From Polyangiales bacterium (lineage in GTDB: Bacteria > Myxococcota_A > Polyangia > Polyangiales > CBDCBC01), in the NCBI GenBank assembly GCA_965214225.1, contig OZ243942.1:2583779-2647778 (forward strand): a stretch of 64,000 nt of DNA, written 5' to 3'. Positions within the stretch are counted from its first letter, which is position 1; every line of letters begins with the position of its first letter. The translations under genes and the position numbers were made by a program. The notes under the pieces were generated by a model. It was not told where the DNA came from. It searched no databases and worked only from the letters and a program-made list of their open reading frames with translations. Of this stretch, positions 20,206-27,850 are shown piece after piece.

Positions 20206-20238
20206 AAAACCCCACGCGCCGAATACGCATGGGGTTTT
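20206..20238. terminator. Bidirectional intrinsic-terminator-like hairpin
   Basis: AAAACCCCACGCG-CCGAATA-CGCATGGGGTTTT forms a 9-bp GC-rich stem with one mismatch, flanked by an A-run and a T-run. It lies between convergent genes ending at 20037 (+) and 20435 (-). On the minus strand it is followed by TTTTTCTT. Confidence 0.55.
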
Positions 20239-20434
20239 AGTCATTGAGCGCCGAGGGATATCTCGCATGCGTCACCCGACTCCCGTTGCCGGCGTGGTAG
20301 CTGACTCTACCACTGCGTCACCTAGACGGGCTTATTGGATCACCGAGGCCCGGTCGCTGGCTCACCTAGGCCTGGTCGCTTGTCTAACGAGAGGGTCGAG
20401 GCTCAGTGACTGCATCATGCCTCGGGGCGCTGAA

Positions 20435-21430
20435 CTATACGCGATTCTCGCTTGTTTCTGCGCCGCCCGTTAGTCCATGCTCCTCTGCCTGCCGCTTTGC
20501 GACCTCTTTCATCTCTGAGGCAATGTCTTTTGCCGTGCTCTCAGCTGATTCCTTAAGATCCTGGGCCGTGCGCCGGACGCGCTGACGGTAGGGCTCCCCT
20601 AGACGCCTTTCACGGCTCGTGATTGGGAGTAATGCACCGATCACTACGCCCACTGTCAGCAGTCCTAGACCGAGTAGCGCGGGTTGACTCTCGTAACGCT
20701 GCTGTGCAGCATCGAGTGCATGACGGCCCCGCTCCGAAACCGCTTGACCGTATTCCGAAGCGCTCTCGCGTAGGTGAGATGCGCCTTCTTTGACCTGTGA
20801 TGATGCTTTTCCTAGCGCGTCTCCAACGTGTCTGGCTCCATCACGAGTTTGATCCTTCACCGAGTCAACCTGTTCGCCAACCCTCGCACGCAGGTCGTTG
20901 CCGCGCTCCCGAAGCGACACGCGTCGTCCGGCTGGAAGGTACGCTCCTTCAGGAATATGCGACCTCCTCGCTCTTCTGCGCCACATAAAGAGAACACTTG
21001 CGACTGCAGCGATGACGCTGCTCAGCACCGCGGGGTGTCTGCGTGCCACCTCTGCTCCTCGTTCACCACTCTCACGTACTCGTTCGTACACACGTCCTCC
21101 TCCTTCACGGACATGGCCGTACGCCACGCCACTTCCCTCACGAACTCGGTCATAGACGCCCGAGATCGAGGAGTTTACCTTATCGACTGCATTGTCCTTC
21201 ATGTTCCGCAATGTCTGTCCAGCCTTTTCCTTGAGGTAGTGTCCGCTCATCCTCTCGGACAGGACATCCGCATGCCCCTCGATATCGTCCCGAAGATGCT
21301 TCACTTGGTTTTCCAGTTGTTCCCGCGATCGCTTCTCGACAGGTGCGTTTGTGGCGGGAACCAGTCCGTCGGAGCCTATCGCGATGGGATGCGCGTATGA
21401 ATCTGTTTGCCTTGTTGGTGTAGTCATCAA
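20435..21430 (-). CDS. DUF3618-like protein with central TM segment and repeated helical segments
   Basis: 331-aa ORF. The N-terminal RSREQLENQVKHLRDDIEGHADVLSERM resembles the DUF3618 start. It has a TM helix (AVLSSVIAAVASVLFMW) and a second one near the C-terminus (PALLGLGLLTVGVVIGALLP). Its start overlaps the upstream gene by 4 nt. Confidence 0.6.
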   Translation of the reverse strand: MMTTPTRQTDSYAHPIAIGSDGLVPATNAPVEKRSREQLENQVKHLRDDIEGHADVLSERMSGHYLKEKAGQTLRNMKDNAVDKVNSSISGVYDRVREGSGVAYGHVREGGGRVYERVRESGERGAEVARRHPAVLSSVIAAVASVLFMWRRRARRSHIPEGAYLPAGRRVSLRERGNDLRARVGEQVDSVKDQTRDGARHVGDALGKASSQVKEGASHLRESASEYGQAVSERGRHALDAAQQRYESQPALLGLGLLTVGVVIGALLPITSRERRLGEPYRQRVRRTAQDLKESAESTAKDIASEMKEVAKRQAEEHGLTGGAETSENRV

Positions 21431-21822
21431 TCTCCTCCGTATGCTTGAGCGTCAGCCGCAAGGCGACGCTTCACTTCCTTCGTCCCATCGGGGCTGTCCG
21501 ACTTGATCTGGAAGATGCCAAGGGCCAGCCCACAGAGCAGCAGTCCCGCTCCGACGATGCCCGTCGCCATCCAGGTTGGCATGAACTTGGCCAGCAACAT
21601 GGTCAGGGCGGTGAGTAGCCACAACGCTGATAGTGCGCCCGTCGCCGCCGCCATCACGATGGCTGCCAGACTCTTCTTCGCGTACTCAACTTCCTTGCGG
21701 AGATCACGCTTTGTGAGCTCGATCTCACACTTCGCCAAGTCCCGCGTTGCCGTGAGAAAACCTCTAAGATGTTCTGCTGTAGAGGTCTCTTCAGTCATGG
21801 CAGCTGGGGATGCCTGGTTCAT
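21427..21822 (-). CDS. Holin-X-like (phage holin superfamily III-type) small membrane protein
   Basis: 131-aa ORF with an amphipathic N-terminal helix (RDLAKCEIELTKRDLRKEVEYAKKS) followed by two TM helices. This architecture and its pairing with a DUF3618-like neighbour are typical of that family. Confidence 0.65.
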   Translation of the reverse strand: MNQASPAAMTEETSTAEHLRGFLTATRDLAKCEIELTKRDLRKEVEYAKKSLAAIVMAAATGALSALWLLTALTMLLAKFMPTWMATGIVGAGLLLCGLALGIFQIKSDSPDGTKEVKRRLAADAQAYGGD

Positions 21823-22814
21823 ACCACCTCCGCAACGTTGCCGTCGTCGCTGCTAAACCCGTTATTGTTACTAAGCCTGCCGTCGCCACTAAGCCTGCCA
21901 TCGCCGCTATGCCTGTCGTCGCTGCTAAAGAGGGCGCGTGCCACACGGCCGGTGAGCAGACCCGCAGTGAAGCACCCGCTGAGCCACCAGATTGGCTCAC
22001 GTCGCGCAAACTGGTCTAGATCACTGACCATGGCGTCGGTGCTTGTGTTGGCAATGTAGTCACCCGCTTGCTGCACCTTCTTTCCAAGGCTCTTAGTTTG
22101 CTTCGCGACGCTGCCAAACTCCTGCTGGTCTAGGTCTTCTGCCACCTTGTCAAGGGCAGTGCTGACACTGTGGACGAAATCCACAGCCTCTCCTTTACGC
22201 TGGTCGACGAGTCGGGAGAACTGCGTCCCTGCCTGCCCACGTAGGTTGCTAGCCATGTCGCGTACGGACTCGCCCCCGGAGGAGCTATCTGGTCCTCCCA
22301 CGGAGTCCCCTGATCGGCCGGCTGAGCCTGATTCGCCTCTTGTGGTGCTGCGCGCTGATACGCTGCTCGACAACTTGTCGCGCGAGGGAGTGTTGCTCGA
22401 CAACTTGTCGCGCGAGGGAGTGTTGCTCGACAACTTGTCGTGCGAGGGAGTGTTGCTCGACAACTTGTCGTGCGACGGCGTACTCGCCCGGGAAGTGTCC
22501 GCGTGAGACGAACCAGCCACGTGCGATGACACACCGCCCGAAAGTCTGCCTTCATGCTTATCTGGTGCCCCACCGCGTTGGGCTCCAGATGATGTCCTTC
22601 CACCCGTAGACGGATTGGCTCCCGTAGACGGATTGGCTCCCGTAGACGGATTGGCTCCCGTAGACGGATTGGCTCCCGTAGACGGATTGGTCGCCCGCGG
22701 GTTTGCAGCTGCATTGGCACCCGGGTTGGGGGAGGATGGTGAACCCGAATTCCTCGACTCACCCGCACTTCCAGAAGTGGCACCACCTGGGTTGTTCACT
22801 TTAGTATTTTCCAT
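21819..22814 (-). CDS. Repeat-rich intrinsically disordered protein with conserved C-terminal membrane-anchor-like segment
   Basis: Start moved to ATG 22814 (MENTKVNNPGG), which has GGAGG 11 nt upstream; the track start is 22931. The protein contains NPSTGA x5, PS(H/R)DKLSSNT x4 and GDGRLS x2. The C-terminal FARREPIWWLSGCFTAGLLTGRVARALF resembles anchors of stress or nutrient-deprivation-induced proteins. Confidence 0.6.
   Translation of the reverse strand: MENTKVNNPGGATSGSAGESRNSGSPSSPNPGANAAANPRATNPSTGANPSTGANPSTGANPSTGANPSTGGRTSSGAQRGGAPDKHEGRLSGGVSSHVAGSSHADTSRASTPSHDKLSSNTPSHDKLSSNTPSRDKLSSNTPSRDKLSSSVSARSTTRGESGSAGRSGDSVGGPDSSSGGESVRDMASNLRGQAGTQFSRLVDQRKGEAVDFVHSVSTALDKVAEDLDQQEFGSVAKQTKSLGKKVQQAGDYIANTSTDAMVSDLDQFARREPIWWLSGCFTAGLLTGRVARALFSSDDRHSGDGRLSGDGRLSNNNGFSSDDGNVAEVV
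22365..22484 (-). repeat. 30-bp tandem array x4 inside a CDS
   Basis: GCTCGACAACTTGTCG(C/T)GCGAGGGAGTGTT x3 plus a diverged fourth unit. It encodes PS(H/R)DKLSSNT on the minus strand. Confidence 0.9.
22603..22692 (-). repeat. 18-bp tandem array x5 inside a CDS
   Basis: CCCGTAGACGGATTGGCT x4 plus one variant. It encodes (A)NPSTG repeats on the minus strand. Confidence 0.95.
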
Positions 22815-22960
22815 GGTTACTCTAACCTCCATTCGCCCGGGTTGTGTGCATGCAGTGTGCCAAGGGGACGGAGATGGATTTTGAGGCCAGGCGGCGTCGC
22901 GATGGGGCAAACCTGATTGCACGTTCGCCACGATCGAGGCACATCCGCACAGTCTTCCCC

Positions 22961-23149
22961 GCGGTATAGCCGGTATAGCCGGTATAGCCGGTATAGCCGG
23001 TATAGCCGGTATAGCCGGTATAGCCGGTATAGCCGGTATAGCCGGTATAGCCGGTATAGCCGGTATAGCCGGTATAGCCGGTATAGCCGGTATAGCCGGT
23101 ATAGCCGGTATAGCCGGTATAGCCGGTATAGCCGGTATAGCCGGTATAG
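22961..23149. repeat. 9-bp tandem array x21 (CCGGTATAG) in a divergent intergenic region
   Basis: 189 bp of perfect CCGGTATAG units; only the first unit varies (GCGGTATAG). It lies between the gene starts at 22814 (-) and 23313 (+). Confidence 0.95.
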
Positions 23150-23312
23150 AAGGCGCCGCGGGACCTGACTGGAAGATGCCAGGCGCACTAGTCTAGGCAG
23201 GCTAGGTGGACCCTTGGGCAAAAGAGCATATATAGACGGAAGTGCCATGTGGTGTGCCACCACGCTTGGCACCTTTGAGAGGCGTTGATTTATCGAGTCA
23301 GCTGGAGAAGAA

Positions 23313-24377
23313 ATGCGCAATGCAACATCAGACAACGCTTCATCCCCGGGTCCTGCACCTCCTCGTTCCTCCTCTCCTGTACCTAACCGGGCCCTCTACG
23401 TCTTAGCTGTACTAGCTGTTTTTGTTGCTCTTCGTGCTCTGGCACCTGTCGTTCTGCCGGTTATCTTTGCCTTATTCTTCTGCGGGTTGCTGTGGCCGGT
23501 CCAGCGTTGGGCTGAGCCGCGCGTTGGCCGAGCGGCAGCGATGCTTTTGTGCCTAGTGGTGCTGCTCTGCGGCTTCGGCCTCTTCACCTGGCTGCTTGTA
23601 GAGATGGTTGATGAGGTCAAGGAACGTAGCAGTCACTACGTGAAGCAGTCCAAGTACGTGCTCGGAGACCTCGAAGGCAGCTTGAGCACCATCGGTCTGA
23701 AAGTGCCAAGCCGCTCAGAGCTCCTCTCGGCCCTCCAGGAGTTCGCGCAGTGGATGTCGAAGCATACGCTGAGTTTCGTGAGCAGCGCAGTGCTCACGGT
23801 TGCGTTTTTCTCACTCGCACTGCTTGAGCTAACCCCGCTCAAGGAACGGCTTCATGCGCAGCTTCCCGCCGACAAGAGCGCCCGCTTCAGCCGCATTTCA
23901 GCCCGCATCGCCGTGCAGATCCAGCGCTACCTTTGGGTGCGGACGGTCATCGGCTTCATCACGGGCGTGGCTACGGCGGCCGGAGCGTGGGCTATCGGAC
24001 TGGACTTCTGGTACATGTGGGGCTTTCTTAATTTCATTCTCAACTACGTCCCCACCATCGGCTCCATCCTCGGAGTGGTGCCGCCTGTAGCATTCGCCTT
24101 GTTCCAGTTCGGTGACGTGGGCGGGGCTGTTCGCGCACTCGCAGTGGTGGGCGGTGTGCAGCTGCTGATGGGGAACTGGATCGACCCACTGCTGCAGGGC
24201 CGCTCTTTCTCCATCCCCGCCGTCCTCGTACTCTTCTCGGTGGTCTTCTGGGGATGGCTTTGGGGAGTTGCAGGCGCTCTTCTGGCGGTGCCGCTCACGA
24301 TGGCTCTCGTGCTGCTATGCCGGGAGTACGACGCGCTTAGGTGGGTCGACGTATTTCTGGAAAAGACGCATAAGTGA
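23313..24377 (+). CDS. AI-2E family transporter (PerM/UPF0118)
   Basis: 354-aa polytopic membrane ORF with the family-typical region FILNYVPTIGSILGVVPPVAFALFQ ... GALLAVPLT. Confidence 0.85.
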   Translation: MRNATSDNASSPGPAPPRSSSPVPNRALYVLAVLAVFVALRALAPVVLPVIFALFFCGLLWPVQRWAEPRVGRAAAMLLCLVVLLCGFGLFTWLLVEMVDEVKERSSHYVKQSKYVLGDLEGSLSTIGLKVPSRSELLSALQEFAQWMSKHTLSFVSSAVLTVAFFSLALLELTPLKERLHAQLPADKSARFSRISARIAVQIQRYLWVRTVIGFITGVATAAGAWAIGLDFWYMWGFLNFILNYVPTIGSILGVVPPVAFALFQFGDVGGAVRALAVVGGVQLLMGNWIDPLLQGRSFSIPAVLVLFSVVFWGWLWGVAGALLAVPLTMALVLLCREYDALRWVDVFLEKTHK

Positions 24378-24574
24378 CATGTTTCTGGAAAAGACGCATA
24401 AGCGACGAGGCCGATTTCGAGAGTGGAGTCTGCACGTGGGCGATGCCTATTCGGTCGGAACTGCGCTTTGCCTACGTCGCTCGTCATTTCGGGGCCTGAC
24501 GGACCGCTCTCTTGAGGTAAGAAGCACTCGCCGCTTCCCACTAACGAGGACACATCACGAAGAGTGATGCGTCA

Positions 24575-25564
24575 CTAGCAGAATGCCTGGAGCTGTGTCT
24601 CGACATCGTCAGAGTGTGTCCCCATGATTTGGGTTGCAGCTTCGCGCATTTTCGTGATGGCACGGGCTTGAATCTGCCGCACGCGCTCACGGGAAATCCC
24701 CAGCTCATTACCCAAAGCGCACAAGGTTGTGGAGCGTTCGGCAAGCACCCTCGCTCGTACAATCTTCTCCTCCCGCGGGCTGAGCTTTGACAATAGCTTC
24801 TTCGCTAAGCCTTGCTGATACGTAGTCCTCTCCCGCTTTTCCACGTAATGCTCAGGCGTGGAGGTCACCATGGGTTCGTAACCTTGCTGACCTTCTTGAG
24901 GTTCAGTGTGCATTACTGGGACATCACGCGCCGTCAGCATGTTTCGGGCGGAGCGAAGTTCGTCGATAGTGATTCCGATGTGGTCGGCCATCGCCTGGTC
25001 GGTCACGGGGCCACCCGCTGCCTGCGTCATTTCGCGCTCATAGTCGCCGAGGTGAAGCCGCAGACGACGTGCTATTCGCGTCTCGGGTGCCGCTACCACA
25101 CGCGAGTTCTCCGAGATGTAACTAAGGATGTAAGCCCTCACCCAATAGCGGGCGTAGGTTTGGAACTTCACTCCTAGTGAGGGGTCGAAGCGTTGCGCGG
25201 CCTTTAATAGGCCGAGCATACCCTCCGCGAGCAGGTCATCCTTGGAGATGCCAACGCGGGAGTAGCGATGGGCCATGTAGGAGACCCACTGCCGATGGGC
25301 AAGCACAAGTTCTTCTAGAGATTTGTGAGCCCCCGCTGCTACGGCAGGACTCGAGTCGCTTGCTGGTGCCTCGCGCTTAGTCTTTCCCCGCGGCAGATCC
25401 TTATCAGCCGGAGGGCCTCCCGAGCCTGGCTTTCGCGCCGACGTGGTGAAGCTGGAAGGCGAGCGAGTTGCATTTGTGGGGAGAGATTCATTGCGGTTAC
25501 AGGCTTGATGTGTTCGCATGATCACCATTCGAGCAAGAGTTAGACCAACCTTGCGCGCTGACAT
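24575..25564 (-). CDS. RNA polymerase sigma factor, sigma-70 family, RpoH-like (group 3)
   Basis: Region 2 is DLLAEGMLGLLKAAQRFDPSLGVKFQTYARYWVRAYI. Region 4 HTH is LCALGNELGISRERVRQIQARAITKMRE. About 90 aa of basic, Pro-rich N-terminal extension precede them; the start is uncertain. Confidence 0.85.
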   Translation of the reverse strand: MSARKVGLTLARMVIMRTHQACNRNESLPTNATRSPSSFTTSARKPGSGGPPADKDLPRGKTKREAPASDSSPAVAAGAHKSLEELVLAHRQWVSYMAHRYSRVGISKDDLLAEGMLGLLKAAQRFDPSLGVKFQTYARYWVRAYILSYISENSRVVAAPETRIARRLRLHLGDYEREMTQAAGGPVTDQAMADHIGITIDELRSARNMLTARDVPVMHTEPQEGQQGYEPMVTSTPEHYVEKRERTTYQQGLAKKLLSKLSPREEKIVRARVLAERSTTLCALGNELGISRERVRQIQARAITKMREAATQIMGTHSDDVETQLQAFC

Positions 25565-25733
25565 AATCCTAGGGTGTTAGCGCACTTTCGAGTGTGAGCC
25601 GAGCACGTACGCGTGCCGCGCGTGACGAAGCTGCGTGTCAAAATGTCCCGCATGCTGCTGTACGACACGGTCCCTCCACCAGCACGGCGCCGAGCCGGAA
25701 ACAACCTGCGGAGCCACTTCGAAGCGCTCCGCT

Positions 25734-25846
25734 CTCTGTGCCACTATGTTCTCTGTGCCACTATGTTCTCTGTGCCACTATGTTCTCTGTGCCACTATGT
25801 TCTCTGTGCCACTATGTTCTCTGTGCCACTATGTTCTCTGTGCCAC
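25734..25846. repeat. 17-bp tandem array x6.6 (CTCTGTGCCACTATGTT)
   Basis: Six perfect units plus an 11-nt partial unit. It lies between the surE stop (25888) and the sigma factor start (25564), both on the minus strand. Confidence 0.95.
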
Positions 25847-25887
25847 CCGCCTTAGCGAAAGGTGTCGGGCAAGCAGTTTCTCACGCG

Positions 25888-26733
25888 CTACAGACCGCAG
25901 ATCGCGTCTGCCGAAGCCTCAGGTCTCCGCTCGGATTTGAGAGGTACGAGCGGAGTGATGGTGACGTAACCGCGCTGACACAGCGAGGAATCGGTGTCCG
26001 CTTCTTCTCCGGTATGCTCTTCAGAAACCTCAAAAAGCACCCTTCCTTTCGTCTTGTCGGCTAAAGCCACCCGGAAGTAGCCAAAGGAATCTAGCTTGGC
26101 CCACCTAGCACCTGCTAACGCTGAACGCGTCCGTGCCGGGACATTCACGTTCAGCACCTGCGGGTCGCCCTCCTGGCTAAGGAGCCAATCGACCAGGGGC
26201 AGCGCGATCTCAGCGGCCGTGTCCCAATGCCAAGGATCGGAGGGAACCTGACTCAGCGCCAATCCACTGCAGCCAAAGGTGTGTGCAGTGAGCGCACCAC
26301 CGACTGTGCCCGAATGAATTACCGAATGGCCGGTGTTGGTTCCAGCGTTAACTCCCGACACCACCAGGTCCGGAGCGCGGCCGAAGGCACCGAGCGCCCC
26401 CGCCATAACTGCAAGGCCAGGTGGCCCAGCCACTGCATAGGCCTCAATCCCTTCAAGTTCGGCAACCTTTAGCGCGACGCCCTCACTGGGATTGAACCGT
26501 CCAATGCTCGTTCCGCTTCCACTGCGGTCTTCGTCCGGCGCTGCAACCACAACCTCGTGATTTTCGGCTAGCTTGTAAGCGAGCCGCCTGAGGCCCTCGG
26601 ATTGAATACCGTCGTCGTTGGTAATGAGAATGCGCGGACTGGCGCTGGGACGACGCCCCTCCTTGCGTACAACAACAGAGTCGCTCGCTTCGGGGTGATT
26701 TGCTTGATTGGACTGATTTGCTTGATTAGGCAT
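25888..26733 (-). CDS. surE: 5'/3'-nucleotidase SurE
   Basis: 281-aa ORF with the ILITNDDGIQSEGL motif and SGVNAGTNTG. Confidence 0.9.
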   Translation of the reverse strand: MPNQANQSNQANHPEASDSVVVRKEGRRPSASPRILITNDDGIQSEGLRRLAYKLAENHEVVVAAPDEDRSGSGTSIGRFNPSEGVALKVAELEGIEAYAVAGPPGLAVMAGALGAFGRAPDLVVSGVNAGTNTGHSVIHSGTVGGALTAHTFGCSGLALSQVPSDPWHWDTAAEIALPLVDWLLSQEGDPQVLNVNVPARTRSALAGARWAKLDSFGYFRVALADKTKGRVLFEVSEEHTGEEADTDSSLCQRGYVTITPLVPLKSERRPEASADAICGL

Positions 26734-26741
26734 AGGTCCTC

Positions 26742-27686
26742 CTATGTGGCCTTCACTGAAACCTTCTCGCTGAGGCTCTCAACCAGCTTGCCGTTAACAT
26801 TTCCGAGCCCGTGACGCGTCACGTTCGCCGCCCCTGCTGCACACGCAACCTTCAGCACCTCTTGAGGTTCGCGTTGTTCTAGCACACCCGCCACGAGACC
26901 GGCTGTCATCGCGTCTCCAGAGCCCTTGGGGTCCACCGCTTCAAGACTGGGTGCCTCCGCGACCATTTCAAGACCACCGATGTAGGCCACGGTGGGCCCC
27001 TTGGCAGCTGAAATGACTACCTGCTTGGCACCTCGCTCCCGCAACTGTTTGATGGCGTCGAGACGTCGTTGAATGGGCGCATCTTGCTCTAAGCGGCCAT
27101 CCTTGATCAGGTCCTCGTCGCTAACCTTCAACGTGTCGAGCGGGCCACCATCAAGAAAGGCATCGAGCTCCGCGCCGTGCAGATCACCAATGGCTTGTAC
27201 GCCGGTCGCTTTCAGATCAGCGCCAAGCCGATGGTAGAAATCAAGCGGAATGGAGTCTCCTTCTACCTTTCCAGTGATGACGCATGCTCCTGACGCGCTT
27301 GCTTCATCAAGAACCGCTCCGTAGAAGTTGTCCATCTCATGTCGGTCGAGGCACGGAATCTGCGAGCGGGCAAACTCCTCGCGCTTTCCACTTCGGCGGT
27401 CGTGGATGTAGGCCGGAGAATCGTGCTGCATTTCGATGGCCACAAGTTCAGGTCCCCAAGAAGCAACCAGTCCGCGGAGGACGGCGCCAGACTCCCCGCC
27501 CACTGGCGCGACGACTATGGGTTGATACTCAAGGTGGCACATCATCCGAGCGATCCAGAACCCCTGACCACCTGGATGGAAGTGGAGTTCTTGCCGGTCG
27601 CTCGATTCTCCGACGCACTCCACCATGACCGAAAGAAAAAGATTGGGCGTGACTACGCACGTATGCCGTTTATTGTTGTCTGCCAT
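26742..27686 (-). CDS. PfkB-family carbohydrate/phosphofructo-like kinase
   Basis: C-terminal PfkB signature (DPKGSGDAMTAGLVAGV). Start moved to ATG 27686 (MADNNKRHTCVV) from the track start 27803. Confidence 0.8.
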   Translation of the reverse strand: MADNNKRHTCVVTPNLFLSVMVECVGESSDRQELHFHPGGQGFWIARMMCHLEYQPIVVAPVGGESGAVLRGLVASWGPELVAIEMQHDSPAYIHDRRSGKREEFARSQIPCLDRHEMDNFYGAVLDEASASGACVITGKVEGDSIPLDFYHRLGADLKATGVQAIGDLHGAELDAFLDGGPLDTLKVSDEDLIKDGRLEQDAPIQRRLDAIKQLRERGAKQVVISAAKGPTVAYIGGLEMVAEAPSLEAVDPKGSGDAMTAGLVAGVLEQREPQEVLKVACAAGAANVTRHGLGNVNGKLVESLSEKVSVKAT

Positions 27687-27850
27687 TGTCTCTGGGGTAG
27701 AAGCATAAGCTCCGCTGAGCAAACGCAAGGTGGACGGGACCCTCGCCTTGCCATTCTGTGCATCTTGCAGCAAGTTCGCGCACGCAATGCTAGCATCGCG
27801 CACGCAACGCTAGCATCGCGGACTGCGCCAAGGAACGACGGAGGGAAACG

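Noticed and set aside
20294-20313. tRNA-like sequence (AGTGGTAGAG on the minus strand) downstream of the DUF3618-like gene.
   Set aside because: It is only a 7-bp hairpin (GTGGTAG/CTACCAC). There is no T-loop (GTTCGAAT), acceptor stem or anticodon arm. Adjacent sequence is a 22-bp x2 degenerate duplication (20340-20383).
22961-23149. Could the tandem arrays (this one and those at 25734, 37051, 39326, 61941 and 63606) be CRISPR arrays?
   Set aside because: The units are directly adjacent with no unique spacers. Units are 9-18 bp, far shorter than CRISPR repeats. No cas genes are in the window.
22817-23335. Long ORFs reading through the arrays, for example YRLYRL... (22817..23335 minus), SRYSRY... 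(22917..23168 plus), [10 protein letters not shown] (9392..9994 minus), and the 25594-26064 and 36934..37313 ORFs.
   Set aside because: They are artefacts of stop-free repeat units. They lack start context, and some are antisense to well-supported genes.
25734-25846. Iteron array marking a plasmid or chromosomal replication origin.
   Set aside because: No rep, dnaA or par genes, DnaA boxes or AT-rich unwinding element lie nearby. The flanking genes are ordinary chromosomal housekeeping genes. The iteron-like look is kept only as a descriptive analogy.
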